A program made the position numbers and the translations under genes. DNA of 63,174 nucleotides, filler included, from Craspedostauros australis (lineage: Eukaryota): the NCBI GenBank assembly GCA_030167865.1. It is 12 parts of 12 records of this genome, joined end to end, with 100 filler letters (N's around TTAATTAATTAA, not from the genome) between each part and the next. Parts side by side here need not be neighbours in the genome. Positions count along the whole stretch, not along the records: positions 8,623 to 12,378 come from JALAGF010005750.1; positions 12,479 to 23,604 come from JALAGF010005751.1; 10 more parts are not named here. The stretch is one strand, 5' to 3'. The notes beneath the pieces are model-generated. The model was given only the letters and a program-made list of their open reading frames with translations, was not told the origin of the DNA and made no database searches. The stretch's first letter is position 1. The number at the start of each line of letters is the position of its first letter. Below are positions 11,284-23,704 of this stretch, piece by piece.

Positions 11284-12478
11284 TCTGTCACTCTTTGGGG
11301 TTGGCTTCTCGCATCGATGTGGATGTGATGATGAGGGGCTGGGCTTTTCAGTTTGGTTTTGTGCTGTTGATGTTGATGTTGTCATTGTCTTTGCTGTCGT
11401 GGTCACTTGCATTGTCACTTTCATTTTCACTTTTGTCGTGGCTGTCGTCGTTGTTGTCGTTGTTGCTGTGCTGTCGGCTTTTCGTCTTCTGCCCATTTTG
11501 CCGCCTTGATGTGCAATGGACATGAACAATGACGCAAGCCCACACCAAAACAAGCCAAGTTCCTTGTTCTGGGCCATCCAAAACCGATGACTTTCATTGC
11601 CGCAGAAACCGACACAACTGTCCAACCCAGAACCTGGATACCACGAACTGTCGTTGCAGACATCAAAACGACTATTTTTACATAATGGAGTGATTTCGCA
11701 GTTTTTTCCAACGCCTCGATGAAATTTGTTTGAAATCGAGTGTAACATGTGGAAGACGTCTCATGCTGCTTGAAATCGATCAAAACACGACCGAGGTCGA
11801 CGCCGAGCACAACCAGAGGAGAGGAATCGGAACCACCTCATCTACACGTGGAGGAGGGACGTCCTCCCGCATCTGTCAGTCTGAACGTCGACTTGCACGT
11901 AGACGTAGCAAAGCAACCATGAAGGCAACTGTACTAAAGTAACATAGTAGAAATATATGCATTCCTATTACCATTATCGATCTTCCACATGCATAGGAGA
12001 CGTATAGACCAGCTAGTGTCGAAGGAGAGGCATTGGTGTATTATTCGTGCTCACATCAAGTGCTGCATGAGTGCGCTGCAATTTTGGCACTAGTCTGTAA
12101 AGCACAGGAACCAGAAGTAAATTTGCGGTTGCAACGTCCGTATGTATCGCGTAACGCAAAAACCGTGTTGTTTCCACGCAGTGGGGTGTCATGTTTGCGT
12201 TGGGGTCTGTTTTTTTGTGATTTTGACCCCCTCTGAGGGGCCGGAATTCTGCCTTTAAAGGCAGGCCTGCCTTTGAAGGAAGAATTGGGGCCCTCTGACC
12301 CCTCCGATCTTCCTTTGAAGGAAGGTGCACTAGGAAAGCTTCCTTCAAAGGAAGGAAAAAACTCACCATGGATATGGTNNNNNNNNNNNNNNNNNNNNNN
12401 NNNNNNNNNNNNNNNNNNNNNNTTAATTAATTAANNNNNNNNNNNNNNNNNNNNNNNNNNNNNNNNNNNNNNNNNNNN

Positions 12479-15400
12479 AGAAGAGAAGGAAGCAGCCGCG
12501 GCTACTGTCCTATCAGGCGCAGACGCAAGCGCGATCGACGAGACCGAAGAGGAACGGTCTGCGAGGCTACATCGCGAGGAGAAGAGCATTCTCAAGACGG
12601 TCAAGCAGGAGGAGACTGGTGTGACGGAGAGTATTCGCACAGCCAAACGGAGTGGTAAAAGTGAGACACCACCAGGAGGAGAATTTGTGACGAAAACAAT
12701 CTCCGCGCAACTACGAGCGAAAATCGAAGAATCGCTAACACGGAAACAGACGGAAATCAAGGGCGCGAGCGCACCAACAACGAAACAACGAATCAACATG
12801 GCGACATCAGCCAACACGAACAAGCGACGCATCAAGGCGCCGATGTTCAGCGGTGAACAGGAAGACTACAGCGCATGGGAGTCCCAAGCGAAGGCATACG
12901 CTCGTGCACAGAAGACGAGAGACGTGATGTTGGGCAAAACCAAGGTGCCAACAGTGAGCGAGATCGCGGCAGCCGACGGTGAAACCAAGGAAGCGATGGA
13001 AGAGATCTACGAGCTGGGATGCGACTGCTTCAGCGATCTGATCCTCATGATGGATGCTGAGAAAGGAAAAGGCAAGCAGGCCATCCAATACATCAACCAA
13101 TGCATCTCCGACGACTACCCCGAAGGAGACGCACACGGAGCGTGGAACGTTCTCGCGNNNNNNNNNNNNNNNNNNNNNNNNNNNNNNNNNNNNNNNNNNN
13201 NNNNNNNGGTGGGAAAAGTGAGACACCACCAGGAGGAGAATTTGTGACGAAAACAATCTCCGCGCAACAACAAGCGAAAATCGAAGAATCGGTAACACAG
13301 AAACCGACGGAAACCAAGGGCGCGAGCGCACCAACAACGAAACAATGAATCAACATGGCGACATCAGCCAACGTGAACAAGCGACGCATCAAGGCGCCAA
13401 TGTTCAGCGGTGAACAGGAAGACTACAGCGCATGGGAGTCCCAAGCNAAGGCATACGCTCGTGCACAGAAGACGAGAGACGTGATGTTGGGCAAGACCAA
13501 GGTGCCAACAGTGAGCGAGATCGCGGCAGCCGACGGTGAAGCCAAGGAAGCGATGGAAGAGATCCACAAGCTGGGATGCGACTGCTTCAGCAATCTGATC
13601 CTCATGATGGATGCAGAGAAAGGAAAAGGCAAACAGGCCATCCAGTACATTAACCAATGCATCTCCGACGACTACCCCGAAGGAGACGCACACGCAGCGT
13701 GGAACGTTCTCGCGGAGAAGTTCCGACCATCCGATGCGGTGACGAAGATCAAACTCAAGCGTCAATTCAACAACGAAAAGATGAAGAGAGACACGGACCC
13801 TGACATCTACATCACACGACTCGAAAGTCTACGATCGTGTCTCCACGATGTGAAGTACGAGATCACGGACGAGGAAATGATCATGCAAATCCTCAGCACG
13901 GTGAGCAACGAATACAGAACTCACATCGTGAACTTCCAACACCAACTCACGTTCAATCCGGAACTGGTTACCATCAACACGATCAGAGGAGTACTCCGCA
14001 CTGCATACGCCACTCATAGAGGAGGCAAGGCATACGTCGACAACTTCCAAGACAGTAACACGAAGAGCAACGATACCGGCTTCACAAGCACCGGTAACTT
14101 CAAGGGTACTTGTCACAACTGTGGCATGTATGGCCATAGATCCGCCGATTGCCCAGAACGCAAGAAATCGAACAACAAGAAAAACAACAACAACAACAAA
14201 ATGAACGGAAAGCGCAACAAGGGAAGCGGCTTCAAGGGCAAGTGCAACTACTGTGGCATCTTCGGANNNNNNNNNNNNNNNNNNNNNNNNNNNNNNNNNN
14301 NNNNNNNNNNNNNNNNNNNNNNNNNNNNNNNNNAACAAGCCAACGCGGCTACGGAAGGACACGACAAGAGCGGGCACGAGATGGTACTCTCTGCAAAGGA
14401 CATGCCGCTCTGCATGTTGGTGTCCAACAACTACATCGAAGACTCCTTCTTCGATAACTTCGAGTGCGTCGGAAGTGACGACGAAGTGCAGGATGATGAG
14501 ATCGTCCCGGAGTGGCTCAGCGAGGAGCCAATCATCCACGAGGTGGATCCAAGACGCGAAGTGAGCTACGAATGCTGCTTCAACGCGCACGACCTGATCG
14601 GTTCATACGGCGACGAAGCTGAGATGGACGACGAGGCCAACAATAGCGACATCGAGGAGGCCATGAGCGATGACGACGACGACGACGACGCCAACGAGGA
14701 CGGCGCAGATGAAGACGACGAAACGAACCGCGCCGCGGCGCCGCCTCCTCCAGCGGCGGGGAACAACAGATCGGGCATCTTCGACGAAGATGATAGCGAC
14801 GAAACTGAAGACCATCCAGACGACAGCTTCAATCCAAACGAGCGTGTCATCTATCCAGCGAATATCGACTTCCCAGATATTGAGGATCCCAACAGTGTCG
14901 ACTACCTCCTCCGTCACAGCGTCACCCCGAATGCAACAGCAACAGCATTGATAATCCAAAAGCAGCTCATCTTTGACGCCATAATGGAAGCGGGGATGCG
15001 AGTGTTCCCAGGAACCACACGAGGAGCACTCATGCCAATATGGGTGAACATGATGGGATCCATCCTATCCGAGAACTTCGGATCAATCGAAGAGATTCTT
15101 GTCAATTCGGTCGTCATCAACCGCATACTCGAAGCGAACGAGACGGAAACGATCCCAGAGACGGATCTGCACTACATCCTTGGAGGATGTATGCGTGTAC
15201 TCTTGCGAGAGCGATCACGCGTCCACCCATACGATCCAGCCACAGGATCACACCGAAGCAACACGATTCCATCGGACTACGCTCAGCTATCCGATGAGAC
15301 CGACGACGAACATCACGAGAATCCATGGAACGAATATGGAGTTCACGTCGACGAAGAGGACAAAGACAACATCATGACCGATACAGCTGCAGCAGCTGTG

Positions 15401-18400
15401 GAGCAGCTCCATGAGCTGAGCACTCGATACAAAGACAAGGTCAACAAGGACACCTGGCTNGCCGACAGNGGAGCTTNGTGTCANATCGTCAATTCAGACG
15501 CCGCTCTCTTCAACGTGCGGCACATCAAGTCATTCGTCCAAGTGGGAGACAGTACGAAACTGGACTCTCCCAAGATGGGATCCATTCGCTTGAAGGTCAA
15601 GCAACGAGACAACACTGGCCACATCATCCGGCTCGATGACGTGAAGTACACACCGAAAATGGCGGTGAACCTTTTCTCCACGAACAAGGCTCTGTACAAC
15701 AGTTACCAGCTTGGTAGCAACGGCATTCTGATGGACATCATCAACGGATCCGGAACGAAGATCGTATTCGACCGAGTCTTCCCCANNNNNNNNNNNNNNN
15801 NNNNNNNNNNNNNNNNNNNNNNNNNNNNNNNNNNNGACCGATACAGCTGCAGCAGCTGTGGAGCAGCTCCATGAGCTGAGCACTCGATACAAAGACAAGG
15901 TCAACAAGGACACCTGGCTTGCCGACAGCGGAGCTTTGTGTCATATCGTCAATTCAGACGCCGCTCTCTTCAACGTGCGGCACATCAAGTCATTCGTCCA
16001 AGTGGGAGACAGTACGAAACTGGACTCTCCCAAGATGGGATCCATTCGCTTGAAGGTCAAGCAACGAGACAACACTGGCCACATCATCCGGCTCGATGAC
16101 GTGAAGTACACACCGAAAATGGCGGTGAACCTTTTCTCCACGAACAAGGCTCTGTACAACNGTTACCANCTTGGTAGCAACGGCATTCTGATGGACATCA
16201 TCAACGGATCCGGAACGAAGATCGTATTCGACCGAGTCTTCCCCACAGCCAACGGATTCATCACAGGAGTGCAGATGCATTCCATCATGCCAACAGACGA
16301 CGACAAGGCTTGCACAACCTTCGTCAAGAACCCATCCAAGGAGATCAGCGCGGTGAACTTGCATCAAATGCTCGGCCACGCGCCACTCGAGACCATGAAG
16401 CGGACAGCCGCCCAATACGGATGGAAGATTATCGGCGAGATGCCGATATGTCGTGACTGCGCGGTCGCGAACGCAAGAGTGAAGAACATTCTGAAGGCAA
16501 CCATTCCGAGAGCAACTCGCCACGGCGAACGGCTCTTCATTGACATTAGTTACACTAAACACATAAGCTTTGGAGATAAACGCTACTGGACCCTGATCGT
16601 GGACGACTGCACGGATTACTGCTGGAGTTTCTTTCTCAAGAACAAAAGTGATCAACCAGGGTACATCAAATGATTCATCCAAACAATCAAGTCACAGACT
16701 GGTGATCAACAGATCATCTTCCGAGGTGACAACAGCGGAGAGAACAAATCCACACAGGATATTCTCATCGATGCAGGACTCAACATGAAATTCGAATTCA
16801 CGGCATCGAACACGCCGCAACAGAACGGCAGAGTGGAACGCAAGTTCGCGTACCTCTACACCAAGATCCGCTCCATGCTCAACGGAGCACAACTCGACGA
16901 AGAGTATAGGCATGGCTTGTGGGCAGCAGCTGCTAGCACTGCCATCGCCATCGCCAACATCACCGTAGCGAAGAATCAAAAGGAGTCACCACATCGACAA
17001 TTCTTCGGCAACGATCCACCATATGCGGANNNNNNNNNNNNNNNNNNNNNNNNNNNNNNNNNNNNNNNNNNNNNNNNNNCACGCGCCACTCGAGACCATG
17101 AAGCGGACGGCCGCTCAGTATGGATGGAAGATTATCGGCGAGATGCCGGTATGTCGCGACTGCACGGTCGCGAACGCAAGAGTGAAGAACATTCTGAAGG
17201 CAACAATTCCAAGAGCAACTCGCTGCGGCGAACGTTTCTTCATTGACATTAGTTACACTAAACACATAAGCTTCGGAGATAAACGCTACTGGACCCTGAT
17301 CGTGGACGACTGCACGGATCACTGCTGGAGTTTCTTTCTCAAGAACAAGAGTGACCAACCAGGGTACATCAAACAATTCGTTCAGACGATCAAGTCACAG
17401 ACTGGTGATCAACAAATCATCTTCCGAGGAGACAAGAGTGGAGAGAACAAATCCACGCAGGATATTCTCATCGATGCAGGACTCAACGTGAAATTCGAAT
17501 TCACGGCATCGAACACGCCGCAACAGAACGGNAGAGTNGAACGCAAGTTCGCGTACCTCTACACCAAGATCCGCTCCATGCTCAACGGAGCACAACTCGA
17601 CGAAGAGTATAGGCATGGCCTGTGGGCAGCAGCTGTGAGCACTGCCACTGCCACCGCCATCGCCAACATCACCGTAGCGAAGAATCAGAAAGAGTCACCA
17701 CATCGCCAATTCTTTGGCAATGATCCACCATATGCAGATGCACTCCGCACTTTCGGAGAGGTGGGTGTTGTGAAGACTACCTACGGCGGGATCACCGCCA
17801 AACTCAAGAACAGAGGAGAAGAGATGGTGTTCATCGGATATGCACACCAACATGCATCAGGGGTCTACAACATGTACAGACCATCGACCAAATCACTGGT
17901 CTGCTCTCGCGACATCAAGTGGCTCAACCAATCATACGGACAGTTCCGTGGCTGGGCACCAGCACCAAACATATCCAATGAAACAGGAACGACAGACGCA
18001 GACGGCTTCACAACCATTGGACGGAAGGGAGCAATGCCAAGGATGGCGATGCGTCGAACATCAGAAGCGAAGAGAGTATCTTTTGCCGACACGAACAAGT
18101 ATCATATCTTATCAGATAGCGACAATGAGGATGACGAAGATGATGGAGCAGTAACTCAACTAATCCATAACAACGACGAAGATCGGGACGAATCCAATCA
18201 GGAGAATGACGAAATCCAACCATCCGGCGATGAAGCCGACGATGACACAGGCATCACTCCTCCGAACACACCAGCGAGGTCTACACATGACACACCATCG
18301 AGACCTCCACCAACCAAACCAAGCAAGCATGACATGGCTAGAAAGGAGAGGATCCGACGTCATGAAGCACGAGGCAGGAAGGGAGAAACTAATCCTAAGC

Positions 18401-20517
18401 CGACTACAGGGAAGAGCATTCCTAGAGCTCTGCGTGAGCTCGCAGACTTCAATGAACGAGGTCGAAAGGAGGAAGGCTATGAGAGCGAGCCATCATCCAA
18501 CGAAGAGAGTGACGAACTCAGCGATGAGATAACCGACGAATCCAACAATGAGACTACAGATGACGAAGAAATCGTAGATGGAGAAGAAGAGATCGAAATC
18601 ACTCATCATAGCACAACAGGGCTGTACGGGATGAATGCAATCATCACCGAGTCACCAGCGATCGACATCGGAATGTCGATGCAGGACGAGAACAAGGAAC
18701 CAGAGAAGCACATCGAACCTACAACGTTCGACGGAGCCTTCAACCACCCAGATCCTATCCATCGGAAGGGATATCGAGCAGCCATCAAGGAGTTCGACTC
18801 CATGGATACACGCAAGGTGTACAGCAAGATCAAACGAGATGCCATCCCACGCGGCCGCAGATGCTGCAAATGCAAATGGGTCTTCAAGTTGAAGCGTGAC
18901 GGCACACATCGAGCACGGCTCGTTGCATGTGGCTATTCGCAAATCGCAGGAGTGGACTTCCAAGAGCACTACTCGCCCGTCATCCACGACGTGACATATC
19001 GAGTCATGATGGTGATCATGCTGATCAAGAAGATGGACTGCGCACTCGTCGATGTCGTAACGGCATTCCTACACGGAGACCTCGANNNNNNNNNNNNNNN
19101 NNNNNNNNNNNNNNNNNNNNNNNNNNNNNNNNNNNNNNNNNNNNNNNNNNNNNNNNNNNNNNNNNGACTTGTGCAGAGCGCCAGGCAATGGTTCAAGATG
19201 TTGGTATCGACCCTCAAGAATATCAACTTCGAACAGAGCGCAGCAGACCTGTGCCTGTTCTACAGGAAGACGAAGGAAGGAAGCATGATCGTGGCCATCT
19301 ATGTGGACGATTGCTTCTGCTGCGGAGACTCCAAAGCGCTGGAGACATTCCTGAAGGACATCCAAGGCAGTTAATTCAAGGTGACAATCGAGCGCGGACT
19401 CGGAGATTACCTCAGCTGTAACATCGAACTGAACCATGACAAGACTAGAGCAACATTGCGTCAACCACATCTCATCCGACATCTCATCGAAGAGTTCGGA
19501 TCCAAGGTTGAGAAGATGCAACGCTACACGACACCGGGAACTCCAGGTCAAATCATCGTACGGCCATCCAAAGATAACGGACTGCAGAAGGTCGGACCAG
19601 AAGAACATGCTGAATACGGCTGAGGCGTTGGTATGCTACTCTTCCTCATCAAGCACTCGCGACCAGATATCGCGAACCCTGTGAGAGAACTCTCCAAGGT
19701 ATTGATCGGACCCACCAAGGCCGCAATGAAGGAGATGTATCGGATCATCAAATATGTGATCGATACAAAGGACTATGGATTGAAGATCCATCCAGCGCGT
19801 CCAGATGACGACAGCTGGGACATGGAACTCTTCTGCGATAGTATTAGCATTATGCTTTATTCCGCACAGCTCTCTCTTGTGTTCCAGCTTAGTTGTGCGT
19901 ATGAATCGTATCCTGAACCAACGCGAACCATGAAATGGTCACATTACGAGCGAATAGCTCGACGAGAAACAAAACTACAGCAGTACCAAGGTACTGGGTA
20001 TCAGAGAAAAGGGTACCATGAACAAGATCGATACTGTGAGCCAGCTACTGACCCAAACCAGTTGAACCTGAAGAGATGTAAAGATCCTATCCGATGCATG
20101 CAGAACAGAGGAATGCAAGAGCAGAGACATGGACATGAACAGAGGTCAGAGAGTAAGCTCACAACTCCTAAGTTTGTAATAACATTCGAGTTTCCAACAG
20201 ACTTCCAGTGAACGCCCCCTTCTCGATCTGATCAATTGCAGAAGGACGCGTTCTCCCCTACGTTACCACCAATTCCTCAAGTCTAACAGATAGCGAATAT
20301 GCAGGAGACAAGAACACGAGAATCAGCATAGGAGGGTTCATCCTATACCTGTGCAAGGTACCAATCCTTTGGCGATCCAAGGCACAGAAGGCCGTCACAC
20401 TCAGCTAATCCGAAGCAGAATACGTTGCCCTTTCCGAAGCGACAAAGGAAATCTTCTTCGTCGTGCAGCTACTCGAGAGTGTGGGCGTCCCTGTGAAGAC
20501 ACCGATCAAGGTCCACG
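12479..20517 (+). mobile_element. gag-pol: Ty1/Copia family A gag-pol, mosaic of overlapping assembly copies, gag through RNase H
   Basis: Gag, PR, HHCC (LHQMLGHA...CRDC), IN, RT (IYVDD at ~19300), RH (FCDS/EYAGD...SEAEY). Stops at 13345, 16671, 19372 and 19621. Two LTR insertions in RH. Confidence 0.95.
19842..20288 (+). mobile_element. Solo LTR (447 bp) with 5-bp TSD GATAG, inserted in Copia RNase H
   Basis: GATAG at 19837-19841 and 20289-20293; ends TATTAG...CTAACA. Removing it restores MELFCDSEYAGDKNTRISIGG. Orientation is inferred. Confidence 0.92.
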
Positions 20518-21312
20518 TGTCGAGATGTACATGTGAGTATATGTCGAGATGTACGTGTATATGTGCATCGTTCACCCGTTATTCTCTATTTCGCACTTGG
20601 ACGGTATAACTACACTCGTGTCAATAGTATGCTGTGATTCGTCAGAATTACAGCGGAAACGGAACACACGAAAAAGAGCAAGATTTCTGGAGGAAATTTG
20701 CAATCGACGATTTCTGACGAAACTAGAAGATCGTCCGTCCATCCATCAATGGTACCAAGAGAATCTCGAGGTACTTCCCAACTAAACCTCAGATGACGAT
20801 ATCATCTGACAGACTGCTGCATCACCAATGGAACGTGACATCTGGAGAGCAGAAGGACGCCTACTGACGTCGACAGGATGTCATTGTGTCACCACGTTGA
20901 CATCTGTCTCCAAGTCAGAGCAGGAGGTGAAGATCAGATGACCCATGAAGATCATGGATACTGAAGGTGAACTTCAAATGGTAAGTACTCATGGAGTAGG
21001 AACCAGTACTGAATGAACAGAGTGTCGAATGCGGAGTATGCATCGAACACAGAGTATCGTGTAGCACGAGCACACGATGTTGAGAGAGAGAGAGAGAGAG
21101 AATACAGAGAGGAGCGAGAGAGCATCTCGCGTACCGACTCATAGTCGGAGACTGAATCTACGAAACAGATTGAAGCGCCAAGAGCATTGGGCAAGAGAAC
21201 TGGTGTACACCGAGAGGATTGGAGTAGCCAAGTAATGAAATAGCAAACAGACGACTATAAACCAACATCATCTTCCACGATCGTAGGTTACCGTGAGCGG
21301 AACTTGCCAATA
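20518..21312 (-). repeat. LTR-like repeat family L4, copy 1 (795 bp)
   Basis: Homologous end to end with 49568-50371 (inverted) and partly with 54010-54359. Ends TATTGG...TCGACA; internal (GA)n tract. Confidence 0.85.
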
Positions 21313-21934
21313 CAAGCGAATGATCCACTCAGGCGTGGACGGTCTCTCTCGTGGTGATATGAATGCCGGGGTGATGGCCGGCCATGACATTCATTCCTTC
21401 CTGCCATTGCAGACCACAGCACTGGTGCTATCTCCTTCTCTGGAGCAGTGGATACAATCCTGGACACCAGCAAATGTCGAGTTTCTGACACCAAACAGAT
21501 GGGCCAAGACACACGTCAACCAAGGCACCTACGTATGGACACCTCCACCAGCGGCGGCTGCAGCAGCGATCGAGTTCATGAACGGCTCCATACACAAGCA
21601 ACCATTCTCAACGCATGTGATCGCCATTCCTCGTATCATGACGGCGTGGTGGTACAAGATCGGTCTGAAGGCATCCAATTTCGACATGATGGTGAAGGCA
21701 GGAATGGCCAGCTGGTGGGATACTGTACAACTCGAACCCCTCACACTCTTCCTTGTTCTTCCTCTCAGCAAAACTTCCCCTTGGAAATACAAAAACTCAC
21801 CCACCATTTCACGAGCTAAGCGGGAGTTGCAAGCAGTGTGGGAGACAGGTGCGGAAGGGAGCAGGGCTGTTCTACGCGAACTACTGTCACAAGCGAGGCT
21901 TCGACAGCGAGTGTCGTGGGACATGGTGCGGTAA
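21313..21934 (+). CDS. DIRS-like retroelement: RNase H C-terminus plus methyltransferase-like domain, 5'-truncated by the L4 repeat
   Basis: RMIHSGVDGLSRG matches the DIRS RH ADxLSR motif. YVWTPPP and VIAIPRIMTAWW match DIRS MT-like motifs. Overlaps the YR ORF in another frame. Confidence 0.75.
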
Positions 21935-23309
21935 CTGCTACCATCTCCTTGGCGACGACACGTTCCCGATCCGCAGACCAGTGGACGAAGATGGCAATGT
22001 CATGCAGTTCAAGCTGGACGAACGCCGCTTCCAGCACGCCCGCCTTGGGGACCACCTTATGCTCAGCTTCCAGTGCGAGCTGTGTCACTTCCGCAACTTG
22101 CAACAGAGGGATCCAGTGGTGGGAAGCGGAAAGGACTCCGCTCTCATGAAGTTCATCAAGCGAGCGAACCTCGATGCGTTCTGGAGTCGAGAGAGCTCCA
22201 CCGTGGCACGGAACTGGTCTCACCTACACCGGATGGTCATGCAGTCCAGTGCACTGGGATTGTCACCAACATACAATCTCCCACCTCTGGGCCCAACGAA
22301 AGTGGAAGACGAGATCGGCATGTTTCTTGCGGTGAATCTACTCTACAGATCGCTCGACACAGGAAAGAACGAGCCAACGGTCCAGTTCAACACGGTTCGG
22401 AAGATGAGATCATCCTACTTCAACCTTTGGCAGGCCTCTGCCAACAGTGCAGATGCACAGACAGTAGCGGTACGCAAAGCCCAGAAGTTCGAGATGACGA
22501 CCAGTCCCTCCAGCAGGGTATGGTTTGAGCGCTTCACCAGGGGAATGCACAGCCGTATGGGAGACAAAACCTGCCCTGACCTGGCTATTTCGATCGGAGT
22601 AATGCTCGAGCTCATGGCTCGGTTTGAGAACAGATGGTGTGAAGGCATCGCGAACGGGTGGTCGGACTCGGACATGGAGCACATCTTGTTCCCGGCACTC
22701 TTTGCGGTGCTCGCTTTCATGGGTGGACTCAGAGCAGAAGAAGTGGTGCTGTGCGATCTCGTGGGAATGCGGAAGCACCACAACATGGGCACGAACCACA
22801 GGGACCCAACCTTGAGACACACGGTCATCGCCTTGCTGGGGCGATTCAAGACGGAGACTGGAGAGAAATACCATTTGATGCCAATAGCGCTGGAATCTCG
22901 CTCCGGCTTGAAACCAGCGGCATGGGTGGATCGAATGCTGGTCTGGTACGAGAAGCGAACAGTGATCGATGGACCTGTCTTTCGATCCTCGATGGGAGAT
23001 CGAATCAAGCCGGTCAAACTTCAACCCAAGATCCATGAAGTCCTCTTGGAGATCCAGGATGACAGACCAGATCTCATACCATTGCATCTCGATGTCACTG
23101 AGGAGTACGCAGTGGGACGGAGCTTTCGCAGAGGCTCCAACACACAGGCCATCAACCAGAAGGTAGATGAGCGCGACGTTGACCTGAACAACAGATGGCG
23201 TCGATTTGAGGCAGCGGCTGGGAGGCAGCCGAGGTTGCAGATGCAACAACATTACGGGGACGTCATGCAGATGCTGCCGTCCCTGCTACGATATTCCGCT
23301 GCCCTTTGA
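21753..23309 (+). CDS. Tyrosine recombinase of a DIRS-like (YR) retrotransposon
   Basis: GGLRAEEV (Arg I), GRFKTE (Lys), GRSFRRG (HxxR box), RWR, QHY (Tyr); Cys-rich N-terminus. The true start is uncertain (first in-frame ATG at 22002). Confidence 0.88.
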   Translation: MFFLSAKLPLGNTKTHPPFHELSGSCKQCGRQVRKGAGLFYANYCHKRGFDSECRGTWCGNCYHLLGDDTFPIRRPVDEDGNVMQFKLDERRFQHARLGDHLMLSFQCELCHFRNLQQRDPVVGSGKDSALMKFIKRANLDAFWSRESSTVARNWSHLHRMVMQSSALGLSPTYNLPPLGPTKVEDEIGMFLAVNLLYRSLDTGKNEPTVQFNTVRKMRSSYFNLWQASANSADAQTVAVRKAQKFEMTTSPSSRVWFERFTRGMHSRMGDKTCPDLAISIGVMLELMARFENRWCEGIANGWSDSDMEHILFPALFAVLAFMGGLRAEEVVLCDLVGMRKHHNMGTNHRDPTLRHTVIALLGRFKTETGEKYHLMPIALESRSGLKPAAWVDRMLVWYEKRTVIDGPVFRSSMGDRIKPVKLQPKIHEVLLEIQDDRPDLIPLHLDVTEEYAVGRSFRRGSNTQAINQKVDERDVDLNNRWRRFEAAAGRQPRLQMQQHYGDVMQMLPSLLRYSAAL

Positions 23310-23704
23310 TCGGATTGGCGTCCGAACGAAGAAGGGAAAGCAGCTGGGACCCGGAGGGGGAAGGATTTCGGCACTCAACCGACAAGCGGTTCTCGGAATA
23401 TCGGCATTGCAGGATCAAGTGAGAGGCTGAGTGACGTACGTCACTTTGGGATGTGGCAGCGACCCAGGTCGCGAGCACTTTGCTTCGGGCACCCCATATC
23501 CAAATGGATAAGCTTCTTGCAAGATAGCATTTGCTATATGAAGATGAATCGGGACTGGACTCGATATGCAGGCAGTGATGCAGATGGAACTCTCAGGATC
23601 CCCTNNNNNNNNNNNNNNNNNNNNNNNNNNNNNNNNNNNNNNNNNNNNTTAATTAATTAANNNNNNNNNNNNNNNNNNNNNNNNNNNNNNNNNNNNNNNN
23701 NNNN

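Noticed and set aside
19633..20211. Novel C-terminal domain on pol
   Set aside because: The tail is read-through into the inserted solo LTR.
21753..23309. Phage integrase, prophage or bacterial contamination
   Set aside because: It overlaps a DIRS-type RH/MT frame in a eukaryotic TE context, and there are no phage genes.
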